64,000 nt of DNA from Eledone cirrhosa (lineage: Eukaryota), in the NCBI GenBank assembly GCA_964016885.1, contig OZ024741.1, positions 239,816,001 to 239,880,000 on the forward strand, in the 5' to 3' direction. The notes below the pieces were generated by a model. It was not told the DNA's origin. It worked only from the letters and a program-made list of their open reading frames with translations, and did not search any database. Position 1 is the first letter of the stretch. Every line of letters begins with the position of its first letter. Below are positions 1 through 11,009 of this stretch, piece by piece. Made by a program: the position numbers and the translations under genes.

Positions 1-636
1 ACTTTGATTACCTGTACAGGCAATAGTTATTAGAATGCTGTTGAAGTGTGTATATATTTTTGGGGGACATCCTGTATATACACACATTATATATAATACA
101 ATAAACAGATAAATACACACATATATATATGAGCTTATTTAATTATAAATATTGTGAATTTTTAACTCAGTTCAATTATATATATAAATGGCTTCTACAG
201 GACTAGAACTGTTTCATTCGAAAGAAATCATCATAATATTGAGAGGGGGGACTAGATAAAATATTTCAAATCAAATGTGTATAAGTTATAAGTTAAAATG
301 TATAAATAGAGACGATAGTGGAGGTATATCTGTTTAGTGGAACAGTAGACGATAGAATTAAATACAGACGATAATCTCCCTTTAATGAAACAGCAGACGA
401 TAGAATTAAGGCAATTTAAATTTTAAGCATTTGCATTTTTGCCTTTCATCGTTACGGGGTCGATAAAATAAAGTACCAGTAATACACTGTCACTAGACGA
501 CTTTCAAATTGAATTGTTGGTTCCATTTCTTTAGTATTTTCAATTGTAGTTATCTACTTAAAAAGCGTTACACGGTTAGAGACATAATTCGTAAGTTATA
601 TCTTCCCTATTAAACCATTGCATTATTTCGCCTACA

Positions 637-822
637 GGGCGGTGAATTGGCAGTATCGGTAGAGGGTTGGACGCCATGCTTTCTAGCATAGTTACGTCCC
701 TTTACAGTCTGAGTTCAAATCCCGCCGAGGTTAACTTTGCCTTTCATCCTTACGGGGTCGATAAAATAAAGTACCAGTAATGTACTGGGTAATTTGCTGG
801 CCTTGTGCCTAAAGTAGAAACA
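637..822 (+). mobile_element. tRNA-derived SINE family A, full length with 15-bp TSD
   Basis: A box tggcagtatcgg, B box gttcaaatccc, core gcctttcatccttacggggtcgataaaataaagtacc (resembles the Meta-SINE core, from memory). TSD attatttcgcctaca at 622-636/823-837; empty site at 3974-3988. Confidence 0.9.
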
Positions 823-1046
823 ATTATTTCGCCTACAATAGAACAAAAATGAAATGTTCTTTAAAGAAACAGGAATATAACTTTATAAAAAAAAAAGTTG
901 CATCCGCTTCTTTTATCATTGATAATTTTTTCGTTTTAATATTAATTGTTTTTTGTAGTTGTTTATATTAAAAATCTTACTGTAATATTTACTTAAACGA
1001 AGGCAAACATCTAAACTTATAGATTAATCTTGAGCGAAGGACTAGA

Positions 1047-1143
<97 letters not shown>

Positions 1144-1536
1144 GAAGAATGATAAAATTTCAAGCAAAGAGTTTAATTAGGTATATTTTGTAATATTATT
1201 AACTAATTATTATAATTAACGCGCATATTTTGCTATCCTCAAACACGTTTACACATGGCATGAAATATAACTAATCCGAGATGGCTAGGTTTCATCTTCT
1301 AACTGGATAAACGAAATCCATTATGTCTTGACAACAACATGAGGTAACATTATGTTATTCACAGACACACTTTGTACACTGTTCCATATCAGAATGTATT
1401 TCCTTCGTCACATTCACAAACAGTATTGAAAATATGTTCTTCGGCAAATAAAAATGTTTTGTTCATAATATTTCAACTAGCGATTGCTCTACTTCACGCA
1501 CGACCACCATAAATTAATGACCAGCTCAACACAAGT

Positions 1537-1705
1537 ATTGGTAGAGCGTCAGACACCATGCTTTGCAGTATTGTTATGGTCCTTTGCATTCTAAGTTCAA
1601 ATCCTGCCGAGGTTAACTTCGACTTTCATACTTACTAATTCGATAAAATAAAGTACCAGTAATGGACTGCCGTAATGGATTTGTGCCGAAAAATAGAAAC
1701 ACTAT
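1537..1705 (+). mobile_element. SINE family A, diverged (duplicate at about 7083-7250)
   Basis: B box gttcaaatcctgccgagg, ataaaataaagtaccag core, tagaaac end. Confidence 0.75.
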
Positions 1706-2257
1706 TAATGTGCAATAAGAGCAAAATATAACGACATTGCTCAATTATTTTATCTAATGTTGTAATAACACAAGGAAATGTTGTTTGTGTATTTTTTTTT
1801 ATATTTGCTCATAGGCTTTTACAATTTCGCTCAGCCAACAACTATTAAAAAGTGAGTTGCTTAAGATAACAATTTAATCACAAATTGTTGCTATCTTTTA
1901 ATACACTCCAACAAGTCATCAAATTATGTACAATAAAAACAAATCTTATTAATTTGCTCAGGGAATATAAAGAAAATGTATATACACTGATAATTGCAAA
2001 TGTATGTAAATATTTTGTTTTTGTATTGTATATTTTATGTTTTCTATTATGTATAATATATTGATTTAATATTGATTGTTTTTTGTAGTTGTTTATATTA
2101 AAAGTCTGAAAATATTTTTATACATCTTACACTAATATTTATAAGATAATTTATAATAACAATTACATAATCTAATTACATTACAACGATAATTTATTAT
2201 TAATATATATCCTGTTTAACTAGAGTTATTACAAGCGTTGCCTTAAAAAAATATTAA

Positions 2258-3214
2258 ACTAGACATGAAAAATGCGCAAGCTCAAAAGTGCCACAGAATG
2301 TTATAATAAACCTTCAAAAGTGTGGGACTAGAGTTGTTGCTAAAAAATATTGTAATCATTATATATCGTACATTCTGTGGTATCCTTTATAAAAATAGCT
2401 TAAACCAACGAAGCCTTTATTTTTACGCTATTTCACTTAGTTAATTCTTAGAGTGTAACATATAAAAATAAATACATCTATGTTTAATGTAATAACAGCT
2501 ATAAATAATTACGTAATATTATTATCATATACTCATAGTAACAAAATAATTGTGTTGAAACTTAATATGATGCTTATATGAACGATCAAATCTATAATGA
2601 TAATTTCTTAAATATACTAATAGTAAAATAATTTAGTTATCTATTGTTACATTTTCATAGAACTATAATATTAACAATCGTATTGCATTATCAAATTTTT
2701 ATCACTACAAACTTTCATATTGGAATTACCTTAAGCCACTTATTATTACTTCGCTTTCGTACTTTTACAGCTGTAGATATTGCGCTGTATCTTATATCTA
2801 ATATCAATATCTCGTGGTAATTTGCATGAAGTGTAAAATAGGTTTATTAATAACTTTAATATGAAATGTATTATACAGGGCTGCGGAGTCGGTCAAAAAT
2901 TGACTGGCTCCAACTCAGGATCCGATACTCCATTATTTCCTAAATTTCAGCTCCGCAGCTCTGTTATTATATTAATTAATTTATTTTATAGTTGTAAATC
3001 ATATTTTTATATGTTACACTCTAAGAATTAACTAAGTGAAATAGCGTAAAAATAAAGGCTTCGTTGGTTTAAGCTATTTTTATAAAGGATACCACAGAAT
3101 GTACGATATATAATGATTACAATATTTTTTAGCAACAACTCTAGTCCCACACTTTTGAAGGTTTATTATAACATTCTGTGGCACCTTTGAGCTTGCGCAT
3201 TTTTCATGTCTAGT
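2258..3214. repeat. Long inverted repeat / fold-back element, 213-bp arms (2258-2470, 3002-3214)
   Basis: actagacatgaaaaatgcgcaag...tataaaaata is the reverse complement of tatttttata...catgtctagt; one mismatch seen, at 3185. Confidence 0.92.
2876..2963. mobile_element. hAT-like MITE (second copy 8421-8508)
   Basis: TIRs cagggctgcggag...ctccgcagctctg; near-perfect 8-bp TSD gtattata/ttattata. Confidence 0.65.
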
Positions 3215-4226
3215 ATATATATACATATATATTGTATATACACATTCATGTATGTGTATACACACTCATGTATGTATATAGACTGGTTTTATGTGTGTAT
3301 TGTAAATTTGTACTGTTAAAACACGAAACTAACATTCGATTGACACTTTGATTACCTGTACAGGCAATAGTTATTAGAATGCTGTTGAAGTGTGTATATA
3401 TTTTTGGGGGACATCCTCTATATACACACATTATATATAATACAATAAACAGATAAATACACACATATATATATGAGCTTATTTAATTATAAATATTGTG
3501 AATTTTTAACTCAGTTCAATTATATATATATAAATGGCTTCTACAGGACTAGAACTGTTTCATTCGAAAGAAATCATCATAATATTGAGAGGGGCGACTA
3601 GATAGAATATTTCAAATCAAATGTGTATAAGTTATAAGTTAAAATGTATAAATAGAGACGATAGTGGAGGTATATCTGTTTAGTGGAACAGTAGACGATA
3701 GAATTAAATACAGACGAGAATCTCCCTTTAATGAAACAGCAGACGATAGAATTAAGGCAATTTAAATTTTAAACATTTGCATTTTTGCCTTTCATCGTTA
3801 CGGGGTCGATAAAATAAAGTACCAGTAATACACTGTCACTATAAGTAGACGACTTTCAAATTGAATTGTTGGTTCCATTTCTTTAGTATTTTCAATTGTA
3901 GTTATCTACTTAAAAAGCGTTACACGGTTAGAGACATAATTGGTAAGTTATATCTTCCCTATTAAACCATTGCATTATTTCGCCTACAATAGAACAAAAA
4001 TGAAATGTTCTTTAAAGAAACAGGAATATAACTTTATAAAAAAAAAAAGTTGCATCCGCTTCTTTTATCATTGATAATTTTTTCGTTTTAATATTAATTG
4101 TTTTTTGTAGTTGTTTATATTAAAAATCTTACTGTAATATTTACTTAAACGAAGGCAGACATCTAAACTTATAGATTAATCTTGAGCGAAGGACTAGATA
4201 AATCTCTCTCTCTCTCTCTCTCTCTG

Positions 4227-4420
4227 AACGAAGAATGATAACATTTCAAGCAAAGAGTTTAATTAGGTAATGACTTACAAATTTGTTTCAGTATATCTTT
4301 AATATAATATTATTAACTAATTATTATAATTAGCGCTTCAGGCTTTGTCTATATACTGAAACAAATTTGTAAGTCATTACCTAATTAAACTCTTTGCTTG
4401 AAATTTTATCACTCTTCGTT
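4227..4420. mobile_element. Fold-back MITE-like element with 70-bp arms (4227-4296, 4351-4420)
   Basis: aacgaagaatgata...cagtatat versus atatactg...ctcttcgtt, 2 mismatches. Confidence 0.75.
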
Positions 4421-4487
4421 TTGAATTTCTCCTAAGTATTCAATACTCTGTTGAGAAATACATTTTACATAAACAGTCTTTGTACCA

Positions 4488-4696
4488 TTTATACGGTATT
4501 AATTACTTATATTTATATATATATATATATATATAGCGTATGATTAGAACTGTGTTTATTATTAATATTTGGTGAATTGGCAGTATCGGTAGAGGGTTGG
4601 ACGCCATGCTTTGACGCATAGAGTTACGGCCCTTGCCATTCTGAGTTCAAATCCCGCCGAGGTTAACTTTGCCTTTTATACGGTATTAATTACTTA

Positions 4697-4735
<39 letters not shown>

Positions 4736-4952
4736 CGTATGATTAGAACTGTGTTTATTATTAATATTTGGTGAATTGGCAGTATCGGTAGAGGGTTGGA
4801 CGCCATGCTTTGACGCATAGAGTTACGGCCCTTGCCATTCTGAGTTCAAATCCCGCCGAGGTTAACTTTGCCTTTCATCCTTATGGGGTCGATAAAATAA
4901 AGTACCAGTAATGTACTGGATAATTGCTGGCCTTGTGCCAAAAGTAGAAACA
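4488..4952 (+). mobile_element. SINE family A (4770-4952, TSD attattaatattt) preceded by a local tandem duplication of its 5' half and flank (about 4488-4676)
   Basis: TSD at 4757-4769/4953-4965; the block atacggtatt...gccttt occurs twice. Confidence 0.85.
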
Positions 4953-4999
4953 ATTATTAATATTTTAATGGATTTAATGAAAAATTTTAGGTGTTCATA

Positions 5000-5069
5000 T
5001 ATATATTCTAAAAATGCGCGAAATCGTGAATCCGCGATAGTTGAACCGCCAAGTAGCGAGGTATCACTG
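5000..5069. mobile_element. pogo/Tigger-like DNA transposon end
   Basis: ...gaaccgccaagtagcgaggtatcactg followed by TA; resembles CAGT-starting Tigger-type TIRs. Confidence 0.4.
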
Positions 5070-5097
5070 TATATATGTTTAAATATATAGTGTAGCT

Positions 5098-5562
5098 GTG
5101 ATGTATCTCGCGAGTGAATCGAGACCTGTCACTGATTTTGGTGTCCCCACTGCCGATGTGAATGAGCAACGCTGCACTTGTGAATTGGGTCTTGATGTTG
5201 CAGGCAGTTCATATACTTACAATGATGCGGTCCCACAAGCTTGTTCACATTCCTGTGCTAATAATCTAGATGGGCGTATTAAATTGGATGTGAAAGCAGC
5301 TTACCGGATGCGGAATCGGGAGAAGTTGAGACAAAAACAGGCCGATTATAGAGCTGTGAATTTTGCTAAATTAACACAAAAACAGGCCAAGTATAGATGT
5401 TCAAAACGGTATGAGTTGGCAAACAAGCAGGCCAAGTATAGATCTGCAAATTCAGCTATTATATCTCAAAAGCAAGCCGAGCGTAGAGCTTCTAAACGTA
5501 CCGAGTTGGCTAAAGAGCAGACCAAGTACAGATCTGCAAATATCTTATTGCACAAACAATAA
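5098..5562 (+). other. ORF fragment with 15-aa (45-nt) basic repeats KQAxYRxxN, possibly a Helitron Rep-helicase N-terminal remnant
   Basis: KQADYR, KQAKYR, KQAKYR, KQAERR, EQTKYR at a regular 15-aa period. Confidence 0.4.
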
Positions 5563-5588
5563 TTCTGCACAAATGTTGCTCCATTATT

Positions 5589-5768
5589 TTGGCAGTATTG
5601 GTAGAGGGTCGGATGCCATGCTTTCCAGCATAGTTACGTCCCTTTACGATCTGAGTTCAAATCCTGCCGAGGTTGACTTTGCCTTTCATCCTTACGGGGT
5701 AGATAAAATAAAGTACCAGTAATGCACTGGGTAATTGCTGGCCTTGTGCCTAAAGTAGAAACAATTAT
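5589..5768 (+). mobile_element. SINE family A
   Basis: A box, B box, core and agtagaaacaattatt tail as in 637-822. Confidence 0.85.
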
Positions 5769-5899
5769 TAGATCTAATGTTGCAACGATACAGTTAAATG
5801 TTGTCTGTGTATTTTAAAAAAGATTTGCTTATAATCTTTTCAAATTTCATTACGCCAATGATTCAAGCTCAAATTGACATTATCTAAAAAATTGTACAA

Positions 5900-6608
5900 A
5901 CAGCGGTGGATTAGCAGTAGTGAACAGATAAATCAGTCAATTTATTAAGATTGACTTGGCCTCAATCAGCAAGACCTTCATTAGCTGCTCTCCAGCCATC
6001 TATTTAAAGCTGTATACATCTATGGTACGAATACACTTGGAGTTCGCGTCATCAGTCTGGAACCCCTATCTTGCTCAGAACATTGACCTCCTGGAAACTG
6101 TTCAGAGACATGCAACCAAGCGCATACCCTCCATCAGACACCTACCATACCCTGAATATTTTGCTTCCGTCTGGCAATGGACTTGGTAAACACCCACAAA
6201 GTTATTAACCATCCGACCAACAACAACCCCGAACACCTTTTTGATCTCCATGTGTTTAACACGTGGACATGCCTACAAAGTCAGAAAACAACACAGCTCC
6301 CATGACTTTAGGAAATATTTCTTCATGCTCAGAGTTGCTGAAGGATGGAACAAACTTCCTGCATCAGTTGTTAGCTGATGACACACTGCATCCTTTAAAA
6401 CCATCATACATTCCGAAATACACCAAAACTACACCTGATGTCCCCCTTCCATACACATGCACATATGTGTATATCATGACTCATGCACTGTTCTTTTTTC
6501 CTGACGTTTTTATATTACCCTATGTATTATATATGCACTTTTGATGAGTTGTAGTGCACCTCAGCATTGTACACAATATTTTCATTATTATTATCATTAT
6601 TATTATTA
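5900..6608 (+). mobile_element. 5'-truncated CR1-like LINE 3' end with (ATT)n tail
   Basis: LYTSMVRIHLEFASSVWNPY...LETVQRHATKRIP; same family as 25430-26880. Confidence 0.85.
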
Positions 6609-7802
6609 CACTCATTCATTGATCCATTTTGCACTAACTCTGCATCAAGCACCCTCACCTAAATATTAACCAATCAAGGATCCAATACAGCTATCTGTTG
6701 GATGAGTATTGTATAGTGCCAAAAACGAAACCAATCAGTTTAGCAGAAAGTTTCCAGACAAGAAACACGCATATTTTGCTATCCTCAAACACGTTTACAC
6801 ATGGCATGAAATATAACTAATCCGAGATGGCTAGGTTTCATCTTCTAATTGGATATACGAAATCCATTATGTCTTGACAACAACATGAGGTAACATTATG
6901 TTATTCACAGACACACTTTGTACACTGTTCCATATCAGAATGTATTTCCTTCGTCACATTCACAAACAGTATTGAAAATATGTTCTTCGGCAAATAAAAA
7001 TGTTTTGTTCATAATATTTCAACTAGCGATTGCTCTACTTCACGCACGACCACCATAAATTAATGACCAGCTCAACACAAGTATTGGTAGAGCGTCAGAC
7101 ACCATGCTTTGCAGTATTGTTATGGTCCTTTGCATTCTAAGTTCAAATCCTGCCGAGGTTAACTTCGACTTTCATACTTACTAATTCGATAAAATAAAGT
7201 ACCAGTAATGGACTGCCGTAATGGATTTGTGCCGAAAAATAGAAACACTATTAATGTGCAATAAGAGCAAAATATAACGACATTGCTCAATTATTTTATC
7301 TAATGTTGTAATAACACAAGGAAATGTTGTTTGTGTATTTTTTTTATATTTGCTCATAGGCTTTTACAATTTCGCTCAGCCAACAAATATTAAAAAGTGA
7401 GTTGCTTAAGATAACAATTTAATCACAAATTGTTGCTATCTTTTAATACACTCCAACAAGTCATCAAATTATGTACAATAAAAACAAATCTTATTAATTT
7501 GCTCAGGGAATATAAAGAAAATGTATATACACTGATAATTGCAATTGTATGTAAATATTTTGTTTTTGTATTGTTTATTTTATGTTTTCTATTATGTATA
7601 ATATATTGATTTAATATTGATTGTTTTTTGTAGTTGTTTATATTAAAAGTCTGAAAATATTTTTATACATCTTACACTAATATTTATAAGATAATTTATA
7701 ATAACAATTACATAATCTAATTACATTACAACGATAATTTATTATTAATATATATCCTGTTTAACTAGAGTTATTACAAGCGTTGCCTTAAAAAAATATT
7801 AA

Positions 7803-8759
7803 ACTAGACATGAAAAATGCGCAAGCTCAAAAGTGCCACAGAATGTTATAATAAACCTTCAAAAGTGTGGGACTAGAGTTGTTGCTAAAAAATATTGTAA
7901 TCATTATATATCGTACATTCTGTGGCATCCTTTATAAAAATAGCTTAAACCAACGAAGCCTTTATTTTTACGCTATTTCACTTAGTTAATTCTTAGAGTG
8001 TAACATATAAAAATAAATACATCTATGTTTAATGTAATAACAGCTATAAATAATTACGTAATATTATTATCATATACTCATAGTAACAAAATAATTGTGT
8101 TGAAAATTAATATGATGCTTATATGAACGATCAAATCTATAATGATAATTTCTTAAATATACTAATAGTAAAATAATTTAGTTATCTATTGTTACATTTT
8201 CATAGAACTATAATATTAACAATCGTATTGCATTATCAAATTTTTATCACTACAAACTTTCATATTGGAATTACCTTAAGCCACTTATTATTACTTCGCT
8301 TTCGTACTTTTACAGCTGTAGATATTGCGCTGTATCTTATATCTAATATCAATATCTCATGGTAATTTGCATGCAGTGTAAAATAGGTTTATTAATAACT
8401 TTAATATGAAATGTATTATACAGGGCTGCGGAGTCGGCCAAAAATTGACTGGCTCCAACTCAGGATCCGATACTCCATTATTTCCTAAATTTCAGCTCCG
8501 CAGCTCTGTTATTATATTAATTAATTTATTTTATAGTTGTAAATCATATTTTTATATGTTACACTCTAAGAATTAACTAAGTGAAATAGCGTAAAAATAA
8601 AGGCTTCGTTGGTTTAAGCTATTTTTATAAAGGATGCCACAGAATGTACGATATATAATGATTACAATATTTTTTAGCAACAACTCTAGTCCCACACTTT
8701 TGAAGGTTTATTATAACATTCTGTGGCACTTTTGAGCTTGCGCATTTTTCATGTCTAGT
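7803..8759. repeat. Second copy of the 213-bp-arm inverted repeat
   Basis: Same arms as 2258-3214 shifted by 5545; no arm mismatch seen. Confidence 0.92.
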
Positions 8760-8914
8760 ATATATATGTATGTATATATATATGTATATATATATGTATA
8801 TATATGTATATATATATGTATGTATATATATGTATATATAATGTATGTATATATATGTATATATATATGTATGTATATATATGTATATATAATGTATGTA
8901 TATATATGTATATG

Positions 8915-9506
8915 CTAGCAGTGGTACCCGGCGTTGTACGGGATAAGGTATTGTGAAATATATAACCGCCTTAGCTAAGCTTAGTATTGCCACAACCACG
9001 GCTGGCAAAGAAGTAAGGGTCTGGTGGTACGTAAGTAAGCAACACTGTGTGGCTTAAAACGTGAGGAAGAAGTTGTATACACTTACCAACTGTTTGGGGA
9101 ATGAGTGTGAGATTTATCTTGAGCAAGGGTGGAAGAATAACCGGAGGCAGCAGACAGCCAGACGTACAGACAGATATTATAAGGGTGTGTTCTGGACACC
9201 GAGTGAATTGTAGAAAGTGACGTAATGCAGACAGCTAAACATACAGAGATATTATAAGGGCACGTCGTTATATGTATGTATCTATCTAAAAAGAGAAAGA
9301 CTAAGAATTATAGAGAGAGATCGCTAAATCGCCTAATGCTGTCTCTAGGGCTTTGAAAATTTGAAATTTTCTTTGCTCAGAACACTCCCTGAAACATAAG
9401 TATTACATGTGTAAAGTTTGAAAACAGTCGGTTGGGTGCTTCTCTAGGTTTAGGGGTTCAAACTCACACACACACAGACAGACATCCTCAGTTTTATATA
9501 TATAGA
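8915..9506 (-). mobile_element. Non-autonomous Helitron
   Basis: Minus strand begins TCTATATATATAAAAC and ends with hairpin cccgtacaacgccggg followed by taccactgCTAG; sits in (TA)-rich microsatellite. Confidence 0.8.
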
Positions 9507-9532
9507 TATATGTATGTATGTATATGTATATA

Positions 9533-10783
9533 GAATAAAGTTCTAATATGTAGGAAGGAAAATAGGGCACTGGTCCCATCTTGGAAATGGCCATGCTCAG
9601 TGTGTAGGAAAGGAGTAGGCAGAAACTCCATTTTATGTCCCAAATGCAAAGTATGGGTGCATAAAAGATGTAGTGGCATCACAGGTAAGCTAACTAAGAA
9701 TATGGATTTTATATGTGGCCGGTGCTCAGGTGCAATAAGTAGCAGCAAGTGCCCACAGAATACTAGCTCATTCCATTGCCCAGATGGTTCTATAGAAATA
9801 GTGGACACCTTCCGTTACCTGGGTGACAAAATCAGCAGTGGTGGAGGGTGCTCTGAAAGTACAGTAGCTAGAGTCAGAACGGGATCGAAAAAGTTCAGAG
9901 AGCTTATACCACTATTGGCCACTAAGGTTTCTGTCTAAAAATGAAAGGCAGATTGTATGATCTGTGCATATGAACAACAGTGTTACATGGCAGTGAGACA
10001 TGGGCATTGTGTGCAGAGGATATATGCAAACTGGAGAGGAACGAAGCATGTATGTTCCATTGGATGTGTAATAGTAATATATGTGAATGGCAAAGCATAA
10101 ATGAACTAAGGGAGAAATTAGGAATAAGAGGGATCAGATGCTGTTTTCTTGAGAGAAGATTACATTGGTATGGTCATGTGATGCGCATGAAAGACGACAG
10201 CTGTATAAAAAGAGTGCAGGGCAATCAAAATTGATGGAAGTTATGGAGTAGGTAGACCCAGAAAAACCTGGGATGACTTGATAAATTCTGACCTTACACA
10301 CTTATACCTCTCTAAGACAATGTCACTGGACCAAGATCTTTGGCGCTACGCAGTAATACAGAACACCCGCCTTGCCTATGTACATAGCGAAACCTACAGT
10401 CAGTAGGCACTTCTTAACCAAATATACACCCCCATCCCACTACCCCTACTCCACCCCCACTCCCACCAACACCACCCTCTCTCTGTAAAGTTATGTTGGT
10501 ACCACAACATCTAGTCCAAAATAAATGAGGTTGTGTAGGTGTCACGACAAAAAAGCACACAGTCCATGCTGTAATATGGCTGTGTAGGTAACACGGTAAA
10601 AAATTCCCAGTCCACACTGACAACGTGGTTGGTGTTAAGAAGGGCATCCCACCGTAGAAAACCTGCCAGACAGTTCTATACGAGCGAGACACGGTCCCCC
10701 GACCAATCTTGCCTCAAGTGGGACAATTCCCCTCTAAACCCATGCTAGTGTGGAAGATAGACGTTAAACGATGATGATGATGA
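9533..10783 (+). mobile_element. RTE-clade LINE 3' fragment (PHD-finger family) with (GAT)n tail
   Basis: CSVC..CPKC..HKRC..CGRC, FRYLGD, HGSETW, RRLHWYGHVMRM; frameshifted; tail gacgttaaacgatgatgatga. Confidence 0.9.
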
Positions 10784-11009
10784 TATATATATGTGTATGT
10801 ATGTATGTGTATAGATCCAGAAATATCTTGTTCAATGAATATATGATCAATGTTAATCTAAGAGGGAGACACATATTTTATCACATAACTGAGCTTATTG
10901 ACCTAAAACTCCAAACAGAAATTTAATGAAAACTGTTCTATCTAGCAAAAATTATAATCTCAGCATTTAATATAATATAAAAAATGGCTTCAATGAAGCT
11001 CATTAAATT

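Larger units (their letters stand above)
1..8760. repeat. Recent tandem segmental duplication (about 1-1180 matches 3345-4267; 1222-3214 matches 6768-8759)
   Basis: Near-identical sequence by direct reading at offsets about 3344 and 5545. Copy 1 lacks about 4335-6767 and carries an extra SINE. Confidence 0.95.

Noticed and set aside
637-730. tRNA genes at family A heads
   Set aside because: A/B box spacing and the attached core, tail and TSD identify them as SINEs.
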